Position numbers and translations under genes: made by a program. A stretch of DNA of 64,000 nt, taken from assembly GCF_006345805.1 (NCBI RefSeq), contig NC_043014.1:38316001-38380000 (forward strand). Direction: 5' to 3'. The notes under the pieces are model-generated. The model worked only from the letters and a program-made list of their open reading frames with translations, made no database searches and had not been told where the DNA came from. The DNA comes from Octopus sinensis (lineage: Eukaryota). Positions 1 to 13,288 of the stretch are shown piece after piece. Position 1 is the stretch's first letter. Every line of letters starts with the position of its first letter.

Positions 1-357
1 AATGACTGAAAGTGAGATAAAAAGGTGCCAGCAGCTAGGCATTATGGGTCCATCTACTCTTCTGTAATAGATAAAATATTTGGAATAGTTTTACAATTAG
101 AAACAAGTCTAGACAGAGATTTGACATATTTTGTGTTTTATCTTTTACTTATTTCAATCATTAGACTGTGGCCATGCTAGGGTACCACCTTGAAGGGTAT
201 TAGTTGAACATATCGACCCCACGACTTATTTTTTAAAGTCCAGAACTCGTTCTCTCAGTCTCTTCTGCCAAACCACTAAGTTACAGGGACATAAGCACAC
301 CAATACCAGTTGTCAAGTGATGGTGGGGGACAAACAGACACAAAGACACACACACAC

Positions 358-389
<32 letters not shown>

Positions 390-643
390 GAAAGCGTTGT
401 GCTAGAAAGAGCAGTAGAAATCTCAAGACCACAAAAAAGGATAAATTCATGAAAGGAATCCTTTTATTTTATCCCCTTTTTGTGGTCTTGAGATTTCTAC
501 TGCTCTTTCTAGCAAAACGCTTTCCTATTTGGAAGCCTCTTAATGTATTTCTATATGAATAATATATATATAGTCTAATAACTAATTCATTTTTTGTGCT
601 AGGCCACTGGTAATAATAATTTATTATTACCCTATTTTATTAC

Positions 644-738
<95 letters not shown>

Positions 739-1625
739 CAGTGGGCTTCTTTCAGTTTCTGTTTATCAAATCCACTCATAAGGCTTTGGTTGGCCTGAAG
801 CTATACTAGAAGACACTTGCCCAAGGTGCCACTTGAACCTGGAACCATGTGATTGGAAGGCAAGCATCTTACCACACAGCTTGTTTATAGAATCCGTTCT
901 ACTCTAGGCACAAGGCCAGAAGTTTTTAGGGAGGGGCCCAGTCGATTAGATCGATCCCAGTACACGACTCGTACTTAATTTATCGACCCCGAAAGGATCA
1001 AAGGCAAAGTCGACCTCGGCGGAATTTGAACTCAGAATGTAAAGACAGCCAGTTTATAGAATAAAGTACAAACAACATAGCAGAATGACAAGCTGCCTTA
1101 AAAGTGAAACCATGTCTGACTGAAAACTTGTGGGCGAGTCAACTACATAACATTTGATTGGAAACTCACATGTAAAATAAGATTTCTCTAATTGGAGCAG
1201 ACTTTGATTATCCCATAAAATAATTCATAACAACAAGAACAACAACAATAGCCTATCATTGCACAATATGGCTTCGCTCTTTTAACTTCGCAAGTCCATG
1301 GGAAAATGAAATGAAAGGAGTAGTAGTAGTAACAACTAGGTGGTGGTGGTGGTGGTAGTAGTAGTAGTAGTAGTAACGATGACAGAGCAACAATAACAAG
1401 ATCATACACAAATGCATAAAAACGAAGCCATTTCAAATTTTAATTCATTTCTGATCTGATCAGACGTTTGAAATGTAGTTTTTCAGCATTTCTATAAAAG
1501 CCATTCAATTCAGTTGTTGTCATATTTGTCAACTCAGAAACTGTTTCGGTGGGAATACTAGTTAAGTCGCACTCCCATAAATGTTCTCACCAAATATAAA
1601 GCTTAAATGACTAAGGTACACATTC

Positions 1626-1661
<36 letters not shown>

Positions 1662-1665
<4 letters not shown>

Positions 1666-2018
1666 CAATTTTCGAAGGGAATGAAAAATAAAAATTTTTA
1701 CATTGTTATTTTTAGCAGTTATACCTAGGTTTCAAATTTCTTTAGCAAATAAAATAATTTGCTAAAGAAATTTGAAACCTAGGTATAACCACAAAAAATA
1801 AAGTAAAAGTTTCTATTTTTCATTCCCTTTGAAAATCGCTATCAAATGTGGTTTTGGTCATTTTGACTGCTTCTTCTAGCATGTAAAAATTACCTGTTAA
1901 AGGTAGTTTTCTCTTTTGTTTAAATGTACACTATTTTATATTGAGAATATATTATCTATTGACTATTTATACATGCTAGGCCACTCGTGGTGATATTTCT
2001 AAGGATATTCGCTACCCA
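1662..2018 (+). mobile_element. (TA)n-flanked fold-back element with a degenerate hammerhead core
   Basis: About 90-bp inverted arms spanning 1662-1842; right arm reads CTAAAGA AATTT GAAAC CTAG GTA. Confidence 0.5.
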
Positions 2019-5000
2019 TATATATATATATATATCATCATCATCATTTAGCGTCCGTTTTCCATGCTAGCATGGGTTGGACGGTTCAACTGGGGTCTGT
2101 GAAGCCGGAAGGCTTCATCAGGCCCAGTCAGATCTGGCAGTGTTTCTACGGCTGGATATATATATTTATGTATAAATAATAATAAAAATAATAAGTTTAA
2201 TGGTTATAAACGGTCAATGTGTATTGGCTAAAGAAAATAGTTTATTATTGATGGAAAATAGTAGGTATTATTACACATATTAGTATGCATAATAATAACT
2301 ACTTTTTTCCATCAAGGGCTTATATACCCCTATAGACTATTTTCTTTGGTCAACAGATGGTGATCGCTTATAAGCTTTAACTTTATAATTATTATTACTT
2401 ACAGAATTTTCACTAGTAACCATTTCTTCATTTAAAGCAGAAAGTATATGATAAAGGACTTTCCTGTCGTTAGACGATGTATGAGGGTTTGGCAATTACT
2501 TGCCAAACAACTGCACAGATGATTTGTTTATAGTGATCGAATGTTTGTGTAGACATAAGTTCACTCCCTCCATCAAATCGACATTACCTGTACAGGTGCA
2601 ACTGGATGCCACATGTCAGATGTCGAAATGATCACAGAGCAACCTGAAATGAAGTGCTTTACTCAAGAACACAATGCTACACCCAGTCTGGGAATCGAAC
2701 CCACGATCTTGCAATTGTGAGTCCAACACCCTAACCACTAAGCCATGTGCCTCCACACACACACATATATACATATATACAAAATTGTATATTGGTAAGT
2801 AATGTACGTTGGAAAATATATACATATGCGTAAATATATAAAATAACTAATTCTTATTTCTTTTCACTTCATGATCTTGCTTGATGGGGTTGGGATCATC
2901 CCAGGTTAGTGGTCCCAGAGATGCCAACATGTGTAGAGCCAACCAGGTCCACCAGTGCTCTCTCTATCACTGGCGGTCCTATGCCAGCCCCACTGCATCC
3001 TATTTCTGGATTTCAACTCATTTTTTTTAAAGCCCCGTAATATTTCCAATAGCAAAGAGTTAAAAATGACATTGTACAATAACATCATGAGGCCAAATTT
3101 TGTCCCATTTTTAAGAGAACTTGCTACTATTTACTTTCGAAGTCTTCTCTGAACAGTCAGATGTCAGTTTATTTGCAGAGAAACAGTGCAGTTATTAATA
3201 GGATGAGTTGAAATTAATTCATGCAAGGTTTCAGTTCTAACACCATTCCTACATAGCCAACCCAGGAACTTTACAGTGAAAACTGACTAATTTATTGTCT
3301 AGGCAGGGTTTAATGGAAGCTAATTGATGACAAACAACACTGCTTCCTCAGCCCTTCCACTGTTTAATTCACATGACAGTAACACCTAATAAGTATAGAA
3401 TGTGATATGACGGATCAAAAATACAGTTCACTTCCTGGTCAGACCCCTCATATTTTAAATATGGTAAATATAACTTTTTTTGTTATTATATTTAATAATA
3501 ATTAGCAGTGAGTAATATAAGTAAATTATTTACTCATAACTAGAGCAATAGGAAGTTGTAAATATTCAACGGATTTTTATTTATTGAGAAAGAGAAAATG
3601 CGATGATTTTACAGTTTGCTTGGAAATAAATTTGGTATTATAAATACCCAGGCCTGTCCCCCATTTTTAAAATTTAGGATGGGGTAGCCACAACAAGACA
3701 CACACCAGGCATTCTATTCATTTCCCAGCTCAAAGAGATGAGCCCCATTCTATGCTCAGGTCAAGGCATAGAATGCAACCACCAATATCAGCAGCAGGGT
3801 CCAACAGCATATGCTGGTTTGCTGGTTTATCCCCGCCACATCATGCTGGTTCAGTAACCCTTTGAGCAACATCAAATTCACTCATCCAAGCTTTCCTATC
3901 ATTTATAAACTCTCTTGCCTCTCTCACTCCAACACCTTTATAACCTCCAAAACTTTCCTCACTCCATCCACACAAACCGAGGTTTGTGAATAAATTTGGC
4001 ACTACTGGTGGAAAAAAACTGCGATATCCACTTTCTTTGTTGCCCAAAGCACATAATATAGTTAAATAGTTAATCTGAGCTTGCATCTAGGACTTACATC
4101 CTAATAAAATACTTCTTTTTTTTTTGACAAGACATAAAATTTTAAGGAATAGTATAATACTAAAATTATTTAAAACAACAAAAACAAGGATATATATTAT
4201 GAATTAACTAAGATTTGAAAAATATACAAGATATGATAAGAACAAATTTACGATTTGAGAAAACTGAGTCAGGTGGTCTGTAGTATATGTAATGCCAAGG
4301 TGGTCAGGCAGAGAATATAGATATTTGGTGTACATTCCTCCTGGTGAGCCTACTTTCCTTTGTCCCAAACTGGAGCTTGTAAATGTCAAAGGCATTACAG
4401 AGTGGTGTAAAAGTCAACTCCCATCATAACCTTTTCCTGCCCAGAGCATTTTCGTAAGTTTGTCCTAAATGCTGATACTTGTTTTCAGACTTTTAGTTAG
4501 ACCTTGTGTCATACGTTCTGAGTTAATTATAAAGCTTTCCCAAGTTACTCAAGTGGGTTGATATTGAAAGGGTTAAGATAACTCTAAAGAAATAAATGAA
4601 AGAGTGACTTTTGCATTCACTTTTCATTTATTCAATGTATACAGAGCAACTTTCCTTAGACATTAACTTGCTCAGTATGAAAGAAAGATAGAGACATTAA
4701 CTTCTCAAGTGTTACTATTTAGCTCATGTTCAGCACTGATTGGGCTGATCAAGGATTCAAAGCATTCCAGCTGTGATCATATCTTTTAGTATGTCAAGGA
4801 CTACTTTATCTTATGTGTCCTTCTCCAAGAGGTAGTAGGGTAATTTAGTTGCTATTTCAAGTAGGTTGATTAATCACATAAGAGACTACCTTGTTGGTTT
4901 GACATCTTATAAGATGCATATTGATAAAAATGCCATTCTATTTGAGATATTGGTGCTGAACATGGCTTTGAGATTCATACCATCAAGGAAGGAAATTCAT

Positions 5001-5705
5001 AGCTGTTGTTTGGCTCAAGTCAACCCTGATTGCGGTGTTAATTTGATGGTGATTTAGCTGCTGTTTCTCACGGGTCAAGTGACAAAGCAGAAATAGTTAC
5101 ATGCCAGAAATTTGAAACCAGGTCGCAGAGTCAGCATTCTTCTTTGCTCTTTCTTTCTTTCTTTCCTCCTTCCTTCCTTTCTTTCTTTCTCCCCCTCCCC
5201 TCCCCCTCTTTGTGCTCTTGCTGTGCTTCTAATGACTATGAGGTATGTTATGTAATACATAAGCCCACAGCAGGTGATTCAGATCAAGAAAATATAATTG
5301 AAATGGAGCATAACAAGATTCCTCGAAATATATCTACGATTCACAAACAGACACACACAAAAAAAAAAGAAAAAATGCAATACAATGGAGGCAACTAGGC
5401 AAAAGATATTTGATTTGCCACTGGGTGGTGATAGTGGTGGTGATGAAGGTAAAAGACCTTTAGCGTACATACTGACATTTTTATTCGGGAGTTAAAAATG
5501 ATTAAAAAAAAAAATTGCATTATCATACTGTTTTATTTTTTTATTTCTGAAGAATGTACATTCAGTGTGTGTGAAAAGTGTAGAAACCAACTCCCTATGT
5601 ACACACACTATGAATGCTTTTACTCATAGGTCTACTGGACTGGGAACGACCTTGGGCTAGACAACATTACTATCATCTGCCTCACCTCACAGCAGTGGAT
5701 AAGGT

Positions 5706-6010
5706 TGCTTTGTTCCTTCTCGAGCCATACCTGGCTCAGAAGGGCCGGTTTCTCGGTTTCATTGGCGTATAGGTTCCCCACCTGGACAGGACGCCGGTCC
5801 GTCGCAGGTGAGCTGCTAGATGCAGGAGGAAAGAGTGAGAGAAAGTTGTGGCAAAAGAGTCAGCAGAAGTTCGCCATTACCTTCTGCCGGAGCCGCGTGG
5901 AGCTTAGGTGTTTCGCTCATAAACACACACATCGCCCGGTCAGAGATTCGAACCTGCGATCCCTCGACTGCGAGTTTGTTGCTCTAACCACTAGGCCATG
6001 TGCCTCCACT
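5706..6010 (-). mobile_element. tRNA-derived SINE, family C, with a 12-bp TSD
   Basis: TSD AGTGGATAAGGT at 5694-5705 and 6011-6022; minus-strand head gtggaggcacatggcctagtggttag...ggttcgaatc. Confidence 0.85.
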
Positions 6011-6784
6011 AGTGGATAAGGTGCTCAGTTGTGGATAACATTAAGACAGACGATAGTGATTAGAATGCCTTTGCTCATAGAGACACTCAAGGGGAAGTGA
6101 CCATGGGCTAAACAAATGCACCAACATCGTCAGTAGCAGTAGTACCACTACCATTACCATCATTGCCACCGTCGTCGTCGTCATCGTAACAGAAAAGCAT
6201 AACAATTGCTTGAACATTGAATTCACACACTCTATTTCAAGACAATGTTAAACAGCTAACAATTCCCCAATTGAAAGCCATCAGCCCATAAACGATACAA
6301 TTCTTAGCTGCTCTAATAATAATAATAATAATAATAATAGTAGTAGTAGTAAAACTACAGTTTAATGGAACCAACCTGTGGAAGAGAAATCTCAGCTATT
6401 TAGGCCAAGGACTTTTTTTTCTTCTTATTACTGATAATTACTCAAATATTTTCTCTTATTTTTGTTTTTTTCATTTCACAAGATACTATGTAGGAGATGT
6501 TTAGGGTTGTGTTGGTGCTCCCAGACTCCTAGCTGACTGACACTAATGAATTTGCTGTTTTCTTCAGATTTTTTTCATTCTAAGTTTCCTTCTTTTATAT
6601 TTGTTGTTGTATAGGTTTGCTTGTTTGTATTTTAATACTTTGTTTTGTTTTGTTTTTTTTCTTTTTTCATTTCTATTTTGGAACAAAGCAAGTCTGACTT
6701 AACTTATGCAAGAGATAAACAAACATAAAATGACACACAAGATTAGCATAATGTTAACAGCTAGCACTGGGATATATGTGTGTG

Positions 6785-6816
<32 letters not shown>

Positions 6817-8877
6817 TGTATACGAGTCGGCTTGGAATAAATGTTGATAGTTCTTCAGAGCTTCTTGTTATTGGTGTCATTTTGAAGATTAAGACAGTGC
6901 CTCATTTGTTCTGCCAGACAGATTGGTAAACTGGTAAATTGGTTATAACTTGATGCTAGCAAATCACTCAAGGGAAAAAAAAACTGTGTGTGTGTGTATG
7001 TAAATGTGTGTCTGTGTGCACACATACATGTGCTTGTGGTTAAGAGGTTCCTTCTGGGACCACATAGTTTAGGGTTTGGTGCCACTGTGTGGGTATGATT
7101 AGCTTATGTCTTCTACTGTATCTTCAGATTGACCAATGTATGGTGAATGAAATTTGGCAGACAAAAACTGGAAGAAGTCCTCTATGTGTGTGTGAGTACA
7201 GCTTTGCCTTAATATAAAGGAACAATTGTAAATAAGTTTCATTCTCATACAAATGTTATTTGTTTCCAATCTTCCATGAAAACATGTCCGGTCATGGGGA
7301 AATGTTACCTTACCTGGAAACAGATAAGGGTTGGTGAAGCATTAGGAATGGCATCCAGCCATAGAAACCAAGCCAAATCAGACTGGAACCTGGTGCAGCT
7401 CTCCTGCTTACCAACTCAGGTCAAACCATCCAACCCTTGCCAGCATGGAAAATGGTCGTTAAATGATGATGATGTATATGTGCATTTGGATGTAGAAATG
7501 TGTGTATGTTTGTGTCCCGACCAAATAGATGTAGTTTAGACCCCAGTGTGTTGGCTATGGTATTTTGGTCAATAATTTCATGTAAGATCGGTCTAATTCA
7601 TGCTAGTATAGGCAAGTAGATGTTAGAAAAATGCTGCTACTGATGATGACTATGTGCATGCACACATACACACTCACTGATGTAAGTACATGGGGAAATA
7701 GGAGGGAAACTATTCTGTGTGTGAATGTGTTTTGAGAGCTGGAGTTTTCATGATATTGGGGATGTGAATCCATGACTGTACAAACGTAAATGTAGAACCC
7801 TACTCATACACTATGTTATGTGGACAAACAAAATCGACAGATTTTCGTAAGACAAAAATGAACGCACACATGTGCACACACACACACACGTGCACACACC
7901 CATACAAAGGAAAAGGTTCCAGGGTCATGTTAAAACGCTGACGTCAAAATATATTGATATATGAGCGAGTGTTAGTTCTTTTTAGCTATGTTCATAAAAG
8001 CCTAATCCTTTAACAAATGGATTGGCATAAGCTATCAAAGGGAGGGACAAAAAAGGGATTAGAAGCAATAAGACAGGAAAAACACACACACACACACACA
8101 CTCGTCATAAAGACCCACCCCTTAAAAAAATATAAAACAATAGGTAAACAAAATGGATTATCAAAATGGGAAGTTGAAACAGATAACTGAAAAGATGGGA
8201 AAGACATATGATTCTTTACACATGTACAGGTAACATGGGGGTGGGCGGAGGTGAAAATTACCTGCTTTTCTGGGTTCTTTTTTTTCTTCTTATCATCAAG
8301 GTTAGTATACCACTACTACTATTACTACTACTACTACAACCACCACTAATACTACTAACAATAAGGTCATGAATAGAGTAGAATTGTGGTGTTATATGAA
8401 CTGCTTCAAGGAACATAGCTACCACCCATGCACGTTATTGTTTGCTCTTGGCATTAGCAAGAGTACCCAGCGTTATCTGTGTGTATTTATTTAGTCTTGC
8501 AGCAAGATTAGCACCACCCTCTGTTTTTCAATCATCAGACTTGCAGCCATGCTGGGGCACAGCCTTGAATTTTCAGTCAAATGAATTGGTTGCAGGGGTT
8601 ACTTTTTTTTTTTTAAGCCTGGTACTTATTCTATCAGTTTCCATAGCCGAACCACTAAGTTACAGGGATGCAAACACACCAACATGGGTTGTCAAATGGT
8701 GGTGGTGGGACAAACACAGACACACATAGATATCTGCCTCAACAAATTTCATGTGATCCATGCAAGCATGGAAAAGTGGATGTAAAAACAATGATAGTAT
8801 ATTGGATATCTGATATCCCATAGTGGGTTACCCTCACAACCCCTATCTTACTTTGTAGTATATATATATATATATAT

Positions 8878-9050
8878 GTAGGTCCCGGGTTGAGTCGGGG
8901 TTAACCACAATAAATAAGGTACTCAATACATAGCAGAGTAAAGTAATTTATTTTATAGAAGGAGCTTCTACAGGACTAGAACTGTTTCATTCAGATGCTT
9001 CCTGAAGATTTCATCTGAATGAAACAGTTCTAGTCCTGTAGAAGCTCCTT

Positions 9051-9056
<6 letters not shown>
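8878..9056. mobile_element. (TA)n-flanked fold-back element containing a hammerhead
   Basis: About 45-bp inverted arms (about 8953-8997 and 9012-9056); TA tracts on both sides. Confidence 0.6.
8997..9045 (+). ncRNA. Type I hammerhead ribozyme motif, weak stem II
   Basis: Stem I GCTTC/GAAGC; CTGAAGA at 9002-08; short stem II TTC/GAA with U-U at the core-adjacent position; GAAAC; stem III ACAG/CTGT; GTA triplet. Confidence 0.6.
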
Positions 9057-9090
<34 letters not shown>

Positions 9091-10975
9091 TTCTTTTTCA
9101 CTAGTTTCAGTCAATAGACTGCAGCCATGCTGGAGCACTGCCTTGAAAACTGTTTAGTTGAATGAATCGACACCAGAACTTTTTTTTTTCTTTGTCAAGC
9201 CCAGGACTTATTCTATCAGTCTCTCTTTGCCAAACCACTAAGTTATACAGACATAAACACACCAACACCAGTTGTCAAATAGTGGTACTGGTGGTGGTGG
9301 TGGGAAAACACGGACATAAACACATACTCACAAACAAACTTCAGTTTGGTGAAGCATTTAGTTAATGCTAACAAAGAAATACTATCAAACAGTAACAGTA
9401 GCATTTCGGTGAAAAAGTTTATGAAGGAAGTAGCAAACTCCACAGAGATAGGGTGTGGAATGAAAATTTATGAATAGTATATACTGCATATTATCCTCAG
9501 GGAGGGGGGTAACGACTAATGTCATCATGAACCTGACCTTGTATATTTATTTACCTTATCCTGAGATCTAACCGATATCCACCCACTCTCCCTTCACTTC
9601 CTGCAAGCCAAAGGAGAACCTGCTTGAAATTAAGAGCATGGACTGAATGTATAAATCTTAGCTCAAAAACAGATCAACGACCCGATGGTGGTGGTTGTGG
9701 TGGTGGTGGTGGTGCCGAGGGCCAAGCAGAGATGTAGTATGACTGTTGGTGGGGAGGGGGAAGCGGATCTTAGGTGGACTGAGTAGATTTTGAGAGCAAG
9801 AATGGAACAAGAAAACAAAAGTCTATATTAGATCTGGTTGTGGGTACCTCTTCAAATTGGCTCTGGTGCCTTAAAAGAAGATAAAACAAATAACTAGATG
9901 AATAAAAGCAAAAAAAAAAAAAGGCGATCCTTAAGATCACATGCTTTGAGGAGGTGAAAATAAGAAAAAAAAAAATGGTATTGATGTTTAGAGAAGCAAC
10001 AACCAACACCAACCAGACATACATTACAAACACAAGCCATTATTATGATAAAAGTAAAAGAGGAAAAAAAAAAACATAATAAATCTAAATACTAAATTTT
10101 AGGCAGGAAGGAAGCAAGCCAAAAATAAATAAAATAAAAACCGTTATAAGCAAAGACATGCTTATTTCATTCAGTTGGGAAAGGCAAATAAGTACTGCTG
10201 TTGAGTGTCTACCAAGAACCAATCAAACATGGGACTCAACAAGCTCTCTCTCTCTCCCTTTCGCTCTCTCTCACTAACTAACTAAACCAGTATGCAGCAG
10301 GCTGCAAATTCTCTTATTACAAACAGTAGCAAGTGTCTTTTGCTGTTCTATTTACTTAGCAAGCGAGTGGCCTGCCTGCTAGCATGAAAGTATCTAAACA
10401 GGGCCGACAACATATATGTACATATATACATACATACATACACGCACGCACATACACAAGTTTGCAAAGAGCATATTCAGGAAAAAGCTCTAGAGAATTT
10501 ACATATGTCTGCTTGCTGTGTAGTGACGTACTTAGAACCATCATCATCGTCATCAGCATCACCATCAGTAGTTCACGGAAACTATTCCTTGCTGACAGCA
10601 TCATTTCACAGTCGTGGATCATGTCGGTGACGTCTAACCTTTTAAAGTCCATATCTAACTGCCTTAATTATTTCAGGTCTTCTTTGGCCTACTTCTTTCT
10701 ATCTCGTATATCAATCCCATTTCGGACATCTAGGTAAATGTGATTTTGTGGCAAATTAACCCTTTTCCAAAGGCACCAGCAATACAAGTAAAGAGAATCT
10801 GTTATCAAAGTAAGGTTACTGCTCAGTGCTGACAAGTATCATTAATAATTGGGGAAAAAAAAAAAAGGTAAGCTCACAGGTTCTTTTCATTAGCACACCG
10901 GACGAAATGGTTAGTGGCATTCTATCTCCTGAAATTGCTGGCCTTGTGCTAAAATTCTAAATCATTATTAATAAT

Positions 10976-11190
10976 ACTCTTATTCTTTTTTTACTTGTTT
11001 CAGTCATTTGACTGTGGCCATGCTGGAGCACCGCCTTTAGTCGAGCAAATCGACCCCAGGACTTATTCTTTGTAAGCCTAGTACTTATTCTATTGGTCTC
11101 TTTTGCCAAACCGCTAAGTGACGGTGACGTAAACACACTAGCATTGGTTATCAAGAGATGTTGGAGCGACAAACACAGACACACACACAC

Positions 11191-11223
<33 letters not shown>

Positions 11224-11350
11224 CATATATATACGATGGGCTTCTTTCAGTTTCCATCTATCAAATCCACTCACAAGGCTTTGGTTGGCCTGCGGCTATA
11301 GTAGAAGACACTTGCCCAAGGTGTCATGCAGTGGGACTGAGCCACTCCTG
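10976..11350 (-). mobile_element. SINE family A
   Basis: Reverse complement of the same modules. Confidence 0.85.
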
Positions 11351-11907
11351 AAAATTTTTTTTAAATATGTGTGTGTTTTGTCTGATGTCCCCTCTCTCAT
11401 ACTTTACCTTCAACACCTTGCATAAAGCTGCCCCCCTCTCCCAAATACACCCACTTTCAGTTAAGAGGGATTTTTCCTTTTTCCTTTATTTACTTTGTCA
11501 TGCAAGTTACTTGGTAACCATATTAGTGTTGAAATCATGGCGCGGGGGGGGGGGAAGCACCCAACCAAAGAAAAGTTTGACATTGGGTCCTGACACAGCT
11601 CTGCAGCTTGCCAGGCCATCAGACTGTCCAACCCTTGGGAGCATGGAAAGCAGATATTAAATGATGGTGATGGTGAGGATGATATATACCATCATCAATT
11701 TGTGTCTGTTTCCCATATTGACATATATATGTATGCATATATATATATGTGTGTGTGTGTGTGTGAGAGAGAGTATGGAAAACGAATGCTAAACGATACA
11801 TACAAAGACTTCAACTGATAAGGAGTAACAGATGGTATTGCGTGACAATGATGCCTTTCCCAATGAAGTGAACTTAGAAGTGGAAGTTTGAAACAGGTTA
11901 TATTACA

Positions 11908-12112
11908 GACCCAGGGACTTTATAGTTATTCAGCTGACTGGGGACATTAGAGTGTTATTGGCTCAATGGAGACCTTTTAATGCTCAGCAGACAAAGGGTA
12001 TCATAGTGCTCTGCTTAGCAGACTGGGGACTTTATAGTGCTCTGCTCAGTAGACTAGGAGCTTTATAGTGCTCAGCAGATTAGGGACTAGGGAGTTCATA
12101 GAGCTCAGCAGA
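11908..12112. repeat. Degenerate minisatellite (about 26-31-bp unit)
   Basis: Repeated ggggactttatagtgctc(tgctc)agcagact-like units. Confidence 0.7.
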
Positions 12113-12293
12113 AAAGAACCTTATAATGCAAAACAATAAATAATATAAAAGGTGCTGGGGAATATAATTTTAAAGTCAACATAAAAAGGAGAAAGAAACT
12201 TTTCTGAATTTGTTTTGTTTTGTTAGTCATTAGACAAAATTTCAACAAGAGCTTATCTTTGCTTAACTGTCTATGTTTAATCAACAATCCAAC

Positions 12294-12375
12294 TGACGCC
12301 CTTTGCTATTGCCACGTCATGCCCAGCTTGGTAAAAACAGAGGAAAAGAAGCACGTCATCTCGCCCACGTATTGG
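12294..12375. promoter_or_regulatory. Candidate bZIP (CREB/ATF/XBP1-type) site cluster in NUAK intron 1
   Basis: TGACG (12294), GCCACGTCAT (12311), GCACGTCATC (12351), CCACGT (12365) and ATTGG (12371) in unique sequence. Confidence 0.35.
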
Positions 12376-12851
12376 CTCTAATGTTATTATATAACAACAG
12401 ATCTGCATGGCAATGAGGCCAAGAGGCTTAAAGCACAAGTCTGATGTAACCCTTTCACTGTTGAGTGTATGTGTGTGTGTTTGTGTGTGTGTGTGTGACT
12501 AAAATTAAATTTCTTAGCAGGCTGCTTGCTACATTCAACAACAGTCAACTAAAAATAACCCACTTTGTTTAGTAAGTCATCAGACGCTAATTAAATAATG
12601 ACCCTTAGTTTCATTCAGTTGTACAATTGTTGTCAATTGTGCATCACAGGCCTGAGATAATGCCACACCGAAGGGCTTAAATTGTATTAACTTAGCTATA
12701 ATGGTTGTATGGTAAGAAGTTTGCTTCCCAGTCACATGATTCTGGGTTCAGTCCCACTGTGTGGCACCTTGGGTAAGTGCCTTCTACTATAGCTCCAGGT
12801 TGACCAAAGCTTTATGAATGGATATTGTAGACAGAAACTAAAAGAAGCCTA

Positions 12852-12889
<38 letters not shown>

Positions 12890-12940
12890 TGGTCAAGAAG
12901 TGAGTAAACAAACCAAATCCACTCATTGTGAACCCGTCAC

Positions 12941-12984
<44 letters not shown>

Positions 12985-12985
<1 letters not shown>

Positions 12986-13288
12986 ATGTCACATGATATA
13001 TCACGTGACCGACCAGACCATCAGATGTTGTTACACATCGCTGGTCACAATGCGTTCGCATTGTTTTAGCTTTCGAATGACGCCACCCCGCTGGCTAAGC
13101 GAGCAGGCCAACAGAAGAAAGAGTGGGTGAAAGAGTACAGCAGGGATCACCACCCCCTGCCGGAGCCTCGTGGAGCTTTTAGGTGTTTTTGCTCAATAAA
13201 CACTCACAACACCCGGCCTGGGAATCGAAACCGCGATCCTACAACCGCGAGTCCGCTGCCCTAACCACTGGGCCATTGCGCCTCCACA
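12985..13288 (-). mobile_element. SINE family C (different 3' body)
   Basis: Head gtggaggcgcaatggcccagtggttaggg...gtttcgattccc; near-identical copy at 50822-51130, partial duplicate at 51160-51275, and a variant at 2455-2757. Confidence 0.82.

Noticed and set aside
3661-4086. Coding-like stretch (81-aa ORF), possibly a LINE relic
   Set aside because: I could not match any frame to a family I recognise; BLASTx would be needed.
4330-4530. Possible RTE relic (LTKSL...TKML)
   Set aside because: Similarity is too short and interrupted to support a call.
10356-10737. Overlapping 98/117-aa ORFs in unique sequence, as a candidate NUAK exon 2
   Set aside because: No kinase subdomain II-III motifs; partly derived from CAT and TACA repeats.
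13215-13288. tRNA-like sequence
   Set aside because: SINE head with A/B boxes but no full cloverleaf, followed by SINE body; the same holds for the other SINE heads.
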